Shown: positions 10,233 to 19,311 of the stretch, one piece after another
Numbering within the stretch: position 1 is the first letter of the stretch
Layout: every line of letters starts with the position of its first letter
Source: Sphingobacteriales bacterium
Lineage (GTDB): Bacteria; Bacteroidota; Bacteroidia; UKL13-3
Assembly: GCA_021298155.1 (NCBI GenBank)
Contig: JAJTEN010000015.1
Location: 832 to 64,831, forward strand
Direction: 5' to 3'
DNA: 64,000 nt
Made by a program: the position numbers and the translations under genes
The notes under the pieces: model-generated
Seen by the model: only the letters and a program-made list of their open reading frames with translations
Told to the model about the DNA's origin: nothing
Database searches by the model: none

Positions 10233-11207
10233 TTACCATCCTAAAATCCAGGCAAAAATGAGCGGTGCTACAATAGTTGCATCACTTTCAACAATAAATT
10301 TAGGTGTTTGAATATCTAATTTACCCCAAGTAATCTTTTCATTTGGTACAGCACCACTGTAAGAGCCATAAGAAGTAGTAGAATCGCTTATCTGACAGAA
10401 ATAACTCCAAAATGGTATTTGCTCCATTTCCATATCTTGATATAACATTGGAACCACGCAAATTGGGAAATCACCCGCAATACCGCCTCCTATCTGAAAA
10501 AATCCAACTCCTTTACCAGCAGAATTTTGAATATACCAATCTGCTAACCAAGCCATATACTCAATTCCAGATTTCATTGTGCTAGCCTTTATTTCATTTT
10601 TTATTACGTAAGAAGCAAAAATATTTCCCATGGTAGAATCTTCCCAACCCGGAACTACAATAGGAAGATTTCGCTCTGCTGCCGCCAACATCCAAGAGTT
10701 TTTTGGATCTATTTCATAGTATTGTTCAAGTTCTCCGCTCATTAAAATTTTATACATGTATTCATGCGGAAAAAAGCGTTCTCCAGCGGTATCAGCATCT
10801 TTCCAAATTTTATAAATATGCTTTTGTAATCTTCTAAAAGCTTCTTCCTCAGGAATACAAGTATCAGTAACCCTATTGTAATGATTTTCTAATAAATCCC
10901 ATTCATCTTGAGGAGATAAATCTCGGTAATTTGGTACACGCTTATAATGTGAATGAGCCACCAAATTCATAATATCTTCCTCTAAATTTGCTCCAGTACA
11001 TGAGATAATATCTACTTTTCCTTGTCTTATCATTTCAGCTAATGATTTTCCTAACTCTGCTGTACTCATAGCACCTGCAAGGGTTACCATCATTTTACCA
11101 CCCTCAGTTAAATGGGTTTCATAACCTTTAGCTGCATCTACCAATGCAGCAGCATTAAAATGCTTGTAATGTGTCTCAATAAATTGAGAAATTGGTCCTT
11201 TATTCAT
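10233..11207 (-). CDS. Deoxyhypusine synthase family protein (bacterial DHS-like)
   Basis: 324 aa. DHS-like sequence throughout, including the C-terminal ..EKITWGKLD region with the conserved Lys. Confidence 0.8.
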   Translation of the reverse strand: MNKGPISQFIETHYKHFNAAALVDAAKGYETHLTEGGKMMVTLAGAMSTAELGKSLAEMIRQGKVDIISCTGANLEEDIMNLVAHSHYKRVPNYRDLSPQDEWDLLENHYNRVTDTCIPEEEAFRRLQKHIYKIWKDADTAGERFFPHEYMYKILMSGELEQYYEIDPKNSWMLAAAERNLPIVVPGWEDSTMGNIFASYVIKNEIKASTMKSGIEYMAWLADWYIQNSAGKGVGFFQIGGGIAGDFPICVVPMLYQDMEMEQIPFWSYFCQISDSTTSYGSYSGAVPNEKITWGKLDIQTPKFIVESDATIVAPLIFAWILGW

Positions 11208-11259
11208 TGTATAAATTGATTTATTCTATTTAATTTTTGTTGAAAAGTATAGGTAAATA

Positions 11260-12282
11260 CTAGCTTCCTAGTGATTCGAACTGATTTAAAAAACGTACAT
11301 CATTGGTAAAATAAGTACGCAAATCTTTTACTTCAAATTTTAGCATTGCAATGCGCTCAATACCCATTCCAAAGGCAAATCCACTATACTTTTCTGGATC
11401 AATACCGCTGGCTTGTAATACATTTGGATCTATCATTCCACAACCTAAAATTTCTAACCAACCCGTGTGTTTACAAACATTACAGCCACTACCCTTGCAC
11501 AACATACAACTGATGTCCATCTCAGCACTTGGCTCTGTAAATGGAAAATAACTAGGTCTGAACCTAAGGGAAACATCTTGTCCAAACAATGCCTGAATGA
11601 AATGATATAAAGTTTGTTTTAAATCTGCAAAACTTACTTTTTCATCAATGTAAATTCCTTCAATTTGATGAAAAAAACAATTGGCTCGCGCCGAAATAGC
11701 TTCATTTCTATAAACCCTACCAGGCATAATAGCGCGAATAGGAGGCTTTTGATTTTCCATTAAACGCACTTGTACCGATGATGTATGTGTTCTTAATGCA
11801 ATATCTTCACTAATAAAAAAAGTATCCTGCATGTCTCTAGCTGGATGATTGGGCGGAAAATTTAAAGCTGAAAAGTTATGCCAATCATCTTCTATTTCTG
11901 GACCTTCTGCATACACAAAACCCAAGGTTTTAAAAATCTCTATAATTTCATTTTCAATGATTTTTAATGGATGTCGCGATCCAATAAACTCCTTATCAGA
12001 CGGGAGTGTTAAGTCAATGTGCTCATTTTTTCCATGGTTCTTATTTGATTCAAATTGAGACTGAGCTTCTTCCCATTTTTGTTGTGCTTTTTGCTTAACC
12101 TGATTTAACAATGCCCCCACTTCACGCTTCATTTCAGAAGGTACAGTTTTAAACTCTTCAAAAAATTGATTTAAAGTACCTTTTTTGGATAAAAACTTTA
12201 AACGGAAATTTTCTACTTGCTCCAATTGTTTTATTTCAAACAATTCAATTTGTATCTTTAATTCCTCTAATTGTTTTTTCAT
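11260..12282 (-). CDS. pheS: Phenylalanine--tRNA ligase alpha subunit
   Basis: Class II aaRS motifs (FRPSYFPFTEPS, GFAFGMGIERIAM). The ORF track starts at TTG 12303. The ATG at 12282 (MKKQLEEL..) is the likelier start. Confidence 0.92.
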   Translation of the reverse strand: MKKQLEELKIQIELFEIKQLEQVENFRLKFLSKKGTLNQFFEEFKTVPSEMKREVGALLNQVKQKAQQKWEEAQSQFESNKNHGKNEHIDLTLPSDKEFIGSRHPLKIIENEIIEIFKTLGFVYAEGPEIEDDWHNFSALNFPPNHPARDMQDTFFISEDIALRTHTSSVQVRLMENQKPPIRAIMPGRVYRNEAISARANCFFHQIEGIYIDEKVSFADLKQTLYHFIQALFGQDVSLRFRPSYFPFTEPSAEMDISCMLCKGSGCNVCKHTGWLEILGCGMIDPNVLQASGIDPEKYSGFAFGMGIERIAMLKFEVKDLRTYFTNDVRFLNQFESLGS

Positions 12283-12300
12283 ATCATTTAATTTTCGAAC

Positions 12301-12308
12301 CAAAGGTA
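12301..12308 (-). promoter_or_regulatory. Candidate -7 promoter box (TAccTTTG) for pheS
   Basis: The + strand reads CAAAGGTA. The box sits 18 nt upstream of the preferred ATG at 12282. Confidence 0.45.
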
Positions 12309-12727
12309 ATTCATCCTACACTATCCTTCCAAAAGTTTTCAACCCACATATACTATTCTTCTTTAATATACTTTTATATCTATTCTTTTTATAGAGATGT
12401 GAATATGGTGGAGAACCTATTTTCACATCCATTGATTTTTTAGTTATTAAATTAACTTAACATTTTAGTAACTGTTTAGTTATTTAATAATCAATTCTTT
12501 ATTCTTTTTATCCATAGCTGTGTATAGTGTATTTCACAGTTAATTGGGGATAATTAATTTTATTCAATTTGTGTATCTAAAGTGTATAAAGTCGCACTAA
12601 ACCTCTGCTTGTTCACAATGCGACATTTCTAAAAAGTTACCTACAGCAGAAAATTCACTTATTCACTAGTTTATTCACACTTTTGGGAATTTGTCGCATT
12701 TAGTAATAGTATATATATTATTGATTA
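12309..12727. other. ORF-free AT-rich region with clustered DnaA-box-like / TTCAC(A/T) repeats: candidate oriC or operator array
   Basis: No ORF of 60 aa or more lies wholly within this gap; one 69-aa + strand ORF (12185..12394) that starts antisense inside pheS runs into its left edge and looks spurious. I count seven TTCAC(A/T) copies and three 8/9 matches to TTATCCACA. Two TTTAGTTATT(A/T)AAT repeats lie between the box clusters. See findings. Confidence 0.35.
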
Positions 12728-14326
12728 TTAATTATTTATAATATTATCAATAGAGATACTTTGTTCAATGTCCCAATACGCTTTTATTGAAATCACTGTT
12801 TTATCGTAATAAATAGGCTCTGGCTGTATTTTCTGAGAATAATTACCTGTATCCCAAACCCCATTATTATTAATATCTTCAATTACTTTGAATTGATAAT
12901 TTCCAGGTTTAAGATAACGAATTTGTGTTTCTTTGGGTAATGGATATTTCCAGGTTTGTATCACTAATTCATCATTAGCCTGCGATTCTATAAGCTGTAA
13001 AATGATTTTTTGATTGGTATTAGCGTTAATATTTAACAACATTGTTCCATATTCTTTTTCGCTTTTATTGATAAATGAATTAGTTGTTTTAACGTTATAT
13101 CTGCTAAAAATATCTAGTAATGCACTATCCTTTATCGTAATAGTATACGGTTTAGTTTCCTTGTATGGATAATACATTACCCATTCAAATGGAGATATTT
13201 CTTTAAAGTAACTGAGTGTTATTTGTGTAGTATCTTCTAAAATTTCAATTCGAGATTTATCTATATTTACTATTGGAGTATTACTGATTAATCGTATACT
13301 GTCTGTTGGTTTATCTGGTATAATAATAGATGCTTGAAAGGGTATTAGTTTACTTTTAGCCTTCGTTCTTAAACGCACTGTATAAACTGAGTCTATAGTT
13401 TTTATTTCAAATGCTTCTGCAGATGTATCTATACTTTGCGGAACAAAAACGTGTATGGTATCGATATTATTTTTACCAGTGTTTAGCTTCTGATAACTGG
13501 CTTTATGTTTTAGCGACTTAATATCAATATGTGTTGGATTATATACCACAAATTGATAAACATGCTTTTGTTTACTTAGTGTATCTAATAACGTATTTGG
13601 TTTATGAAGTGGATTTTTAAATAATGTTAGCTTAATAGAATCTGATAGTATACTCGGTATTATTTGCTCTGCATAAAATGCTATTTCTTCTATTTTTTGA
13701 TACTTATTATCAGCATTTGCATCTTTAAATGCGATGAGATAAAAGGTATCTGCAGGTAAATTATATATACTAAATCTACCCTGTTCATTACTCTTTGTTA
13801 AATAATCTGGATATTTTTTAAAGATAGTTGTATCTGTAAATGAATTCGTTTTATACAAAGCGATCAAAATCTCTTTTTCTTCTTTGGTACTTTGTGCATT
13901 ATATATTTTGCCTTTTATTGAATTTGAATCCAAATAGTTACCGGTAGAGAAAACATAAGAATAATTGTTAAGTGCATTTCCCTCGTTTACATCTACAATA
14001 GCATTAGCAAAGTTAATTGTATAGGTGGTATTTATTTCTGGATAACCCTTTAAGAATGCAATAGAAATTTGTTTTCCCGTACTTTCAATTTTCGGTTTAT
14101 CCTTTAAAAACGGAGATATAATAATTTGCCCTGGATCCTTGATACTTATATATTCATCAAATTTTAAAATTATTTCTTTGCTTTTAAAGTTAACTGATTT
14201 ATTATCAGGGTTATGTAATAAAATCTTAGGTGGTTTTTCATCTTTACTACCGCCGCTTGGAACAACTTGTTGGGCACACGAAATGAATAGAACACTAATT
14301 AAATAAAAGTAGCCTATTTTCTGCAT
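12728..14326 (-). CDS. Ig-like domain-containing lipoprotein (SbsA/Big_5-like N-terminus)
   Basis: 532 aa with a signal peptide and lipobox (LFISCAQQ). The N-terminal PPKILLHNPDNKSVNF.. region is typical of Ig-like lipoproteins in Bacteroidota. Function is unknown. Confidence 0.55.
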   Translation of the reverse strand: MQKIGYFYLISVLFISCAQQVVPSGGSKDEKPPKILLHNPDNKSVNFKSKEIILKFDEYISIKDPGQIIISPFLKDKPKIESTGKQISIAFLKGYPEINTTYTINFANAIVDVNEGNALNNYSYVFSTGNYLDSNSIKGKIYNAQSTKEEKEILIALYKTNSFTDTTIFKKYPDYLTKSNEQGRFSIYNLPADTFYLIAFKDANADNKYQKIEEIAFYAEQIIPSILSDSIKLTLFKNPLHKPNTLLDTLSKQKHVYQFVVYNPTHIDIKSLKHKASYQKLNTGKNNIDTIHVFVPQSIDTSAEAFEIKTIDSVYTVRLRTKAKSKLIPFQASIIIPDKPTDSIRLISNTPIVNIDKSRIEILEDTTQITLSYFKEISPFEWVMYYPYKETKPYTITIKDSALLDIFSRYNVKTTNSFINKSEKEYGTMLLNINANTNQKIILQLIESQANDELVIQTWKYPLPKETQIRYLKPGNYQFKVIEDINNNGVWDTGNYSQKIQPEPIYYDKTVISIKAYWDIEQSISIDNIINN

Positions 14327-14327
14327 C

Positions 14328-15221
14328 TTATTTATGTTTTATTACAAACAATATACTTGAGTAATTACCTGTAAAATAAGCTTTTATGTTCGAATAAAGC
14401 CCTTTAATAGCCCCCTTTATAAATCCCATATTATTTTTTTGATGGTATTCACTTCGCATAGAGATATAAGGTGCATCAAAAGGCATTGATTGTTGTTCTA
14501 TTATCTCAAAGCCATAATTATTCATTAATAAACGCATACTATTGGCTGTAAAATGATACAAATGACGTGGAACATCATACCCATCCCAAAACTGCTTGTA
14601 ATGCTTTGCATCAAACGAATTTGATATAGGCACAGCAATAAACATAGTACCATCTTCCTTTAAAATCCGTTTCAGGAGTTTCATTCTTTCATCTAATAAA
14701 TGTACATGTTCCATAACGTGCCACTGGGTAATGATGTCGTAAAACCCATCTTCAGTTATATTTAGTTTATCTTCTTTTAGCACTTGTAAAGCAAATTCTT
14801 GTTGCACATAATTTACCGCTTCATCCGAAACATCCGCACCTGTTGCATCAAAAGTTTGATCCAATTTTACACCATTTAAAAAATAACCCAAGCCACAACC
14901 TAAGTCTAATAGTTTCCCGCTTGTATGGTATTTTTTTATTAGTTTAAGTTTACTTCCAATACTATAGTTTCTAACCCAATCATAAATTTTATAGGTTACA
15001 CCAAGCTCAGATTTATTGCTACCAGCATGTGATATATAATTTTTTGAATTATAATATTTGCCTATTTCGCTCATATCTGGCCTAGGGTTGGTAAATTGTA
15101 AACCACAGTTGCCGCAAGCAACGACCATGAAATTTTCTCCACTAGCCACATAATCTGTGCAAGCAAATAAATCTGAAAACTGGTTTGAATTACAAACCGG
15201 ACATTGTTCTAGTTTTTCCAC
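14328..15221 (-). CDS. Class I SAM-dependent methyltransferase with N-terminal zinc-ribbon
   Basis: 297 aa with two Cys pairs (CPVCNS ... CGNCG) and SAM-binding motif I (LLDLGCGLGYF). Confidence 0.75.
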   Translation of the reverse strand: MEKLEQCPVCNSNQFSDLFACTDYVASGENFMVVACGNCGLQFTNPRPDMSEIGKYYNSKNYISHAGSNKSELGVTYKIYDWVRNYSIGSKLKLIKKYHTSGKLLDLGCGLGYFLNGVKLDQTFDATGADVSDEAVNYVQQEFALQVLKEDKLNITEDGFYDIITQWHVMEHVHLLDERMKLLKRILKEDGTMFIAVPISNSFDAKHYKQFWDGYDVPRHLYHFTANSMRLLMNNYGFEIIEQQSMPFDAPYISMRSEYHQKNNMGFIKGAIKGLYSNIKAYFTGNYSSILFVIKHK

Positions 15222-15238
15222 GCAACAAAATAAAGTAA

Positions 15239-17104
15239 TTATCTGCCCAAATGCACCATTAATATTGAAACATCTGAAGGAGATATTCCGCTAATTCGTG
15301 CTGCTTGTCCAATTGTTTTTGGTCTTTGTTTATTTAGCTTTTCTCTAGCCTCTAATGAAATTGATTTAATGCTTAAAAAATCAAAATCGTCTTTTATCTT
15401 AAAATCTTCTAACCTATTCATTTTGTCTACAAGCAATTTTTCTTTTTCTAAATATCCTGAATATTTCATTAAAACCTCTGCTTGTATCAAAGCATCTTTA
15501 GAATATTCAGCCAAAAAGGCTTTTACGCTATCCAGCTTATCAATCATTAATGGTAAGTCAATTTGAGGCCTACTCAGTATTTGCGTTAGTTTATAATTCT
15601 GTGGTATGGCCGTTGTTCCGAGCTCCGCTAACATTGGATTTACTTCGCTTGGACTAATGGATGTCTTGGTAAAATAATTGATTATCTCATTGGTCTGTTT
15701 CACTTTCTCTTCCACATCTTTTAATCTTTGATCTGAGGCTAAGCCCAATTCATGAGATTTCTTGGTAAGTCTGATATCTGCATTATCTTGTCTAAGCATA
15801 AGCCTATACTCAGCCCTTGAGGTAAACATTCTATAGGGTTCATCTGTACCTTTGTTCACTAAGTCGTCTATTAGTACGCCAATGTAGGCTTCAGATCTTC
15901 CCAATATGAATGCATCTTTTTCATTAATTTTTTGATGCGCATTTATGCCAGCCATTAATCCTTGGCATGCTGCTTCTTCGTATCCTGTTGTACCGTTAAT
16001 TTGTCCTGCAAAATATAGGTTTTCAATTAATTGTGTCTCTAAACTAAGTTTTAATTGGGTGGGTGGAAAGTAATCATATTCTATGGCATAGCCTGGTCTA
16101 AATATTTTGGCCTTCTCAAACCCTGGAATTAATTGAATGGCTTTATATTGAATATGATCTGGCAGTGAAGTAGAAAAGCCATTAACATAAATTTCAACCG
16201 TATTCCAACCTTCTGGCTCAACAAAAATTTGATGCCTGTTGCGTTCTGCAAATCTATTTATCTTGTCTTCTATAGAGGGGCAATACCTTGGGCCTAATCC
16301 TTGTATTCTTCCGGCGTACATTGGTGAGTCTTCAAAGCCAGTTTTGAGCACCTCATGAACCTCTTCATTTGTATACGTTATCCAGCAACAGCGTTGGTTC
16401 TTAATAGCTGTGGTTTCAGCGCTGTACGAAAACTTTTCAGGCTGTTCATCACCTGCCTGTTCTTCCATTTTAGAGTAGTCTAAGCTTCTACCGTCTACGC
16501 GTGGTGGTGTGCCTGTTTTCATTCTGCCCGACTCAAAACCTAATCTGACTAAGCTTTCTGTTATCCCAAATGATGCTTTTTCTCCAATTCTTCCACCACC
16601 AAATTGCTTTTGTCCGATATGAATAATCCCGTTCAGAAATGTTCCACTGGTTAACACAAGTGACTTACATCTTATTTCTTGACCCATTCCTGTTACCACT
16701 GCACAAACGCTATTGTCTTTGGTTTTAATATCTACAACCATGTCTTGCCAAAAATCAACATTAGGCGTTTGTTCCAAATACTCGCGCCAATACTGACTAA
16801 ATAACATTCTATCGTTTTGTGTTCGCGGACTCCACATAGCAGGTCCCTTTGACCTGTTCAACATCCTAAATTGAATGGTTGACCTATCTGATACAAGTCC
16901 GGAATAACCACCTATTGCATCGATTTCTCTTACAATTTGTCCCTTTGCAATGCCTCCCATCGCTGGATTACAGCTCATTTGTGCAATTTTATTCATATCC
17001 ATGGTTATAAGTAAAACCCTGGATCCTAAGTTAGCTGCCGCCGCAGCAGCTTCACATCCTGCATGTCCGGCACCAACCACTATTACATCATATTCTATAA
17101 ACAT
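15239..17104 (-). CDS. mnmG: tRNA uridine-5-carboxymethylaminomethyl(34) synthesis enzyme MnmG (GidA)
   Basis: FAD-binding N-terminus YDVIVVGAGHAGCEAA and full-length MnmG similarity. The start is moved to the internal ATG at 17104 (MFIEYD..), which removes the overlap with ybeY. Confidence 0.95.
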   Translation of the reverse strand: MFIEYDVIVVGAGHAGCEAAAAAANLGSRVLLITMDMNKIAQMSCNPAMGGIAKGQIVREIDAIGGYSGLVSDRSTIQFRMLNRSKGPAMWSPRTQNDRMLFSQYWREYLEQTPNVDFWQDMVVDIKTKDNSVCAVVTGMGQEIRCKSLVLTSGTFLNGIIHIGQKQFGGGRIGEKASFGITESLVRLGFESGRMKTGTPPRVDGRSLDYSKMEEQAGDEQPEKFSYSAETTAIKNQRCCWITYTNEEVHEVLKTGFEDSPMYAGRIQGLGPRYCPSIEDKINRFAERNRHQIFVEPEGWNTVEIYVNGFSTSLPDHIQYKAIQLIPGFEKAKIFRPGYAIEYDYFPPTQLKLSLETQLIENLYFAGQINGTTGYEEAACQGLMAGINAHQKINEKDAFILGRSEAYIGVLIDDLVNKGTDEPYRMFTSRAEYRLMLRQDNADIRLTKKSHELGLASDQRLKDVEEKVKQTNEIINYFTKTSISPSEVNPMLAELGTTAIPQNYKLTQILSRPQIDLPLMIDKLDSVKAFLAEYSKDALIQAEVLMKYSGYLEKEKLLVDKMNRLEDFKIKDDFDFLSIKSISLEAREKLNKQRPKTIGQAARISGISPSDVSILMVHLGR

Positions 17105-17129
17105 TTTCTTTTCTTTATTACCTAAGTTC

Positions 17130-17570
17130 TTAATTATGTTGAGATTCTGAATCCGTTTCACGTGAAACTTGGATTGTATCCCAAAGCATTAAAGCTAAGT
17201 CCTCTGCTTCACGCATTTCTTTTATTTCTTTTTTTGTCTTGTCTTTGAACCCGATCAAGTGTAATAAGCCATGAGCAATAACTCGCCTCAGTTCAACTTC
17301 AAATATACAATTATTTGTTTTGGCATTGTCTTTTACTCTGTCTATGCTAATATAAATATCACCCTCTATTACACTTTTAGTATCACTTAATTCGAAGGTT
17401 ATGATGTCTGTATAATAGTTATGTTTTAGATAATGTATATTTATTTCTAAAAGCTCTTCATCAGTGCAAAAAGTATAGTTCAAATTATCTATATTTTTTC
17501 TGTAATGAGAAGCTATGGCTTTTAGCCAGGGTTTCATTCTGACTCTGTCAATTCTGGGTCTCCTACCCAT
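17130..17570 (-). CDS. ybeY: rRNA maturation RNase YbeY
   Basis: Metal-binding motif HGLLHLIGFKD. The start is moved to ATG 17570, giving about 146 aa, the typical YbeY length. Confidence 0.85.
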   Translation of the reverse strand: MGRRPRIDRVRMKPWLKAIASHYRKNIDNLNYTFCTDEELLEINIHYLKHNYYTDIITFELSDTKSVIEGDIYISIDRVKDNAKTNNCIFEVELRRVIAHGLLHLIGFKDKTKKEIKEMREAEDLALMLWDTIQVSRETDSESQHN

Positions 17571-17586
17571 ATTGCAGAAGTATATA

Positions 17587-19311
17587 TTATCTGATAACTG
17601 TAATGCTCCCATGAATGTCTATTATTTCTTGCCCTACTTTTACTTTTGCCATAAAGAAGTATACACCTGTACTAACTTCGTTTCCACTATTATTCGTGGC
17701 ATTCCAGCCTGCTTCAATGTTGTCTTTCTGATATTCAATTTGACCCCATCTATTATAAATACTTATACTGCTATTTTGTAGATCTAAACCTTCTCCTACA
17801 AAACTAAACACCCTGTTTATACCATTAGGCATAATGGCATTTGGATAAAACACCTTACCCGATTTAACATAACATGAAGTATTGCTTTTGCTATACAAGG
17901 TTCCTGAATTATCATGCGCTTCGATATAAAAGCAATTAGCGGCAAATGCACCCCTGTCTAGCACAATTGATGTGTCTGTTAGTGGTAGTCCCTCTGCCGT
18001 GAAATTAACGGCGTCTATTACATTATTAGCTGATGCTCTGAATATTGTGTAGTCTTTGACCCCCGTGTTCCACGTGAAATACGAATTCCAATTTAAGTTA
18101 ATCTTATCATTCTCACCTAGCAAATCCAGAACAATATTATTTGAAAATTGGCTAGAGTCGCTTATCATACCACACATGTTTTTACTTAAAATATAGTAAT
18201 TGTATTTTAGCTTGTTGTTGGCAAATACATCTGTGTAGAGCGTTTCATTTCCTGTAAATGTGTATATGCTTTCATTTAGTCCGTTTATATCAATCCTTCT
18301 GAGCTCAATAGATAAATAATTGGCAACTGGGTTTTTTACAATTTCAATACTTAATTTTTCATTTTGGTTATTTGTAACTTGTTTTATTTTTGTGTTTGTT
18401 GGACTAACAGATTTTCCGCTAGTAAAGCTTGGGCTCATATTACTACTAGAAGAAATCTTTACGCTATTTAGTTTTCTAGCCCTAACAAAGTATTCTACAT
18501 TTGCACCCAATTGAGTAATATTTTCCTCATAAAACAATTGATTTCCTGGAAGAATAGCTACCCACTCAAAGGCCAATCCATTAATACTTCTAAAAACGTG
18601 ATATTCTTCAACTGCCCACCCTACGTAGGCATTCCAGGTTAATGAGATGGTATTAATACAGGTGTCAATTTTACCTTTTAAACAAATTGTTTTATGTTGG
18701 TATGCCCCATATTCTTTTCTATTATCACAACTGTCAGAACTCGTAATATCGTAACTTAATGATTTGGTTTTTGGATTAATGGGTGAAAGATCTATGTAAA
18801 ATGTGTCTCGGTAATTTTCTATTAATCTTGGGTCGGCCCTATCATAATTATACAAATAATACGTATTAAAATCTGGCGTTTTGTTGGATGTCCAGCCCAA
18901 TAAAACTACATTATTTATTGGATCAACGCTTACAGAATCTAGTGTTGTTGAGTCGGGTTTTTGATCATCTATTTGAAGGGTATCTGAGTAAAAAGTTGTA
19001 GTATCAATTCCACATATTTTGGTGTATTCGAAATAATAGTGCCAATCTTTTACACTAGGCACATTTGCATTGGTGTGTGTGTAAGTTCCAGCAATTGGGT
19101 TGATATTACCATTAACTAAATAGTATGCTTGTGCTACGCTCTCTTTGGCGTATAATTTTGCATTACCAATAATGGTGCAGGTATTGGGCTGTATTTGCCA
19201 TGTTAATTGGTTATTATTTCCGCCATTGCACACTCTTTTTAGCACTATATTTTGTGCGAATAGTGTTATGCAGCTGCATATTAAAATAATTCCAATTATT
19301 GTTTTTTTCAT
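17587..19311 (-). CDS. Secreted repeat protein with T9SS type-B C-terminal sorting domain (gliding-motility-associated CTD)
   Basis: 574 aa with a signal peptide. The C-terminus ..FYPNAIMPNGINRVFSF...IYNRWGQIEY...GWNATN...GVYFFMAKV...GSITVIR matches the type-B CTD pattern. Its ATG overlaps the upstream gene's stop (ATGA). Confidence 0.8.
   Translation of the reverse strand: MKKTIIGIILICSCITLFAQNIVLKRVCNGGNNNQLTWQIQPNTCTIIGNAKLYAKESVAQAYYLVNGNINPIAGTYTHTNANVPSVKDWHYYFEYTKICGIDTTTFYSDTLQIDDQKPDSTTLDSVSVDPINNVVLLGWTSNKTPDFNTYYLYNYDRADPRLIENYRDTFYIDLSPINPKTKSLSYDITSSDSCDNRKEYGAYQHKTICLKGKIDTCINTISLTWNAYVGWAVEEYHVFRSINGLAFEWVAILPGNQLFYEENITQLGANVEYFVRARKLNSVKISSSSNMSPSFTSGKSVSPTNTKIKQVTNNQNEKLSIEIVKNPVANYLSIELRRIDINGLNESIYTFTGNETLYTDVFANNKLKYNYYILSKNMCGMISDSSQFSNNIVLDLLGENDKINLNWNSYFTWNTGVKDYTIFRASANNVIDAVNFTAEGLPLTDTSIVLDRGAFAANCFYIEAHDNSGTLYSKSNTSCYVKSGKVFYPNAIMPNGINRVFSFVGEGLDLQNSSISIYNRWGQIEYQKDNIEAGWNATNNSGNEVSTGVYFFMAKVKVGQEIIDIHGSITVIR

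Noticed and set aside
12700-12735. A dif-like sequence (TAGTATATATATTATTGATTAT) at the right edge of the AT-rich gap. It resembles the AT-rich central part of XerC/D dif sites, and the flanking genes (+ on the far left, - on the right) converge as they would at a terminus.
   Set aside because: Only the low-complexity ATATAT core matches. The better-conserved XerD arm (TTATGTnAAnT) matches poorly, about 6/11. The stretch overlaps the 3' end of a coding gene. My rough skew tallies point the opposite way, toward an origin-like switch. I keep it only as an alternative to test alongside the oriC hypothesis.
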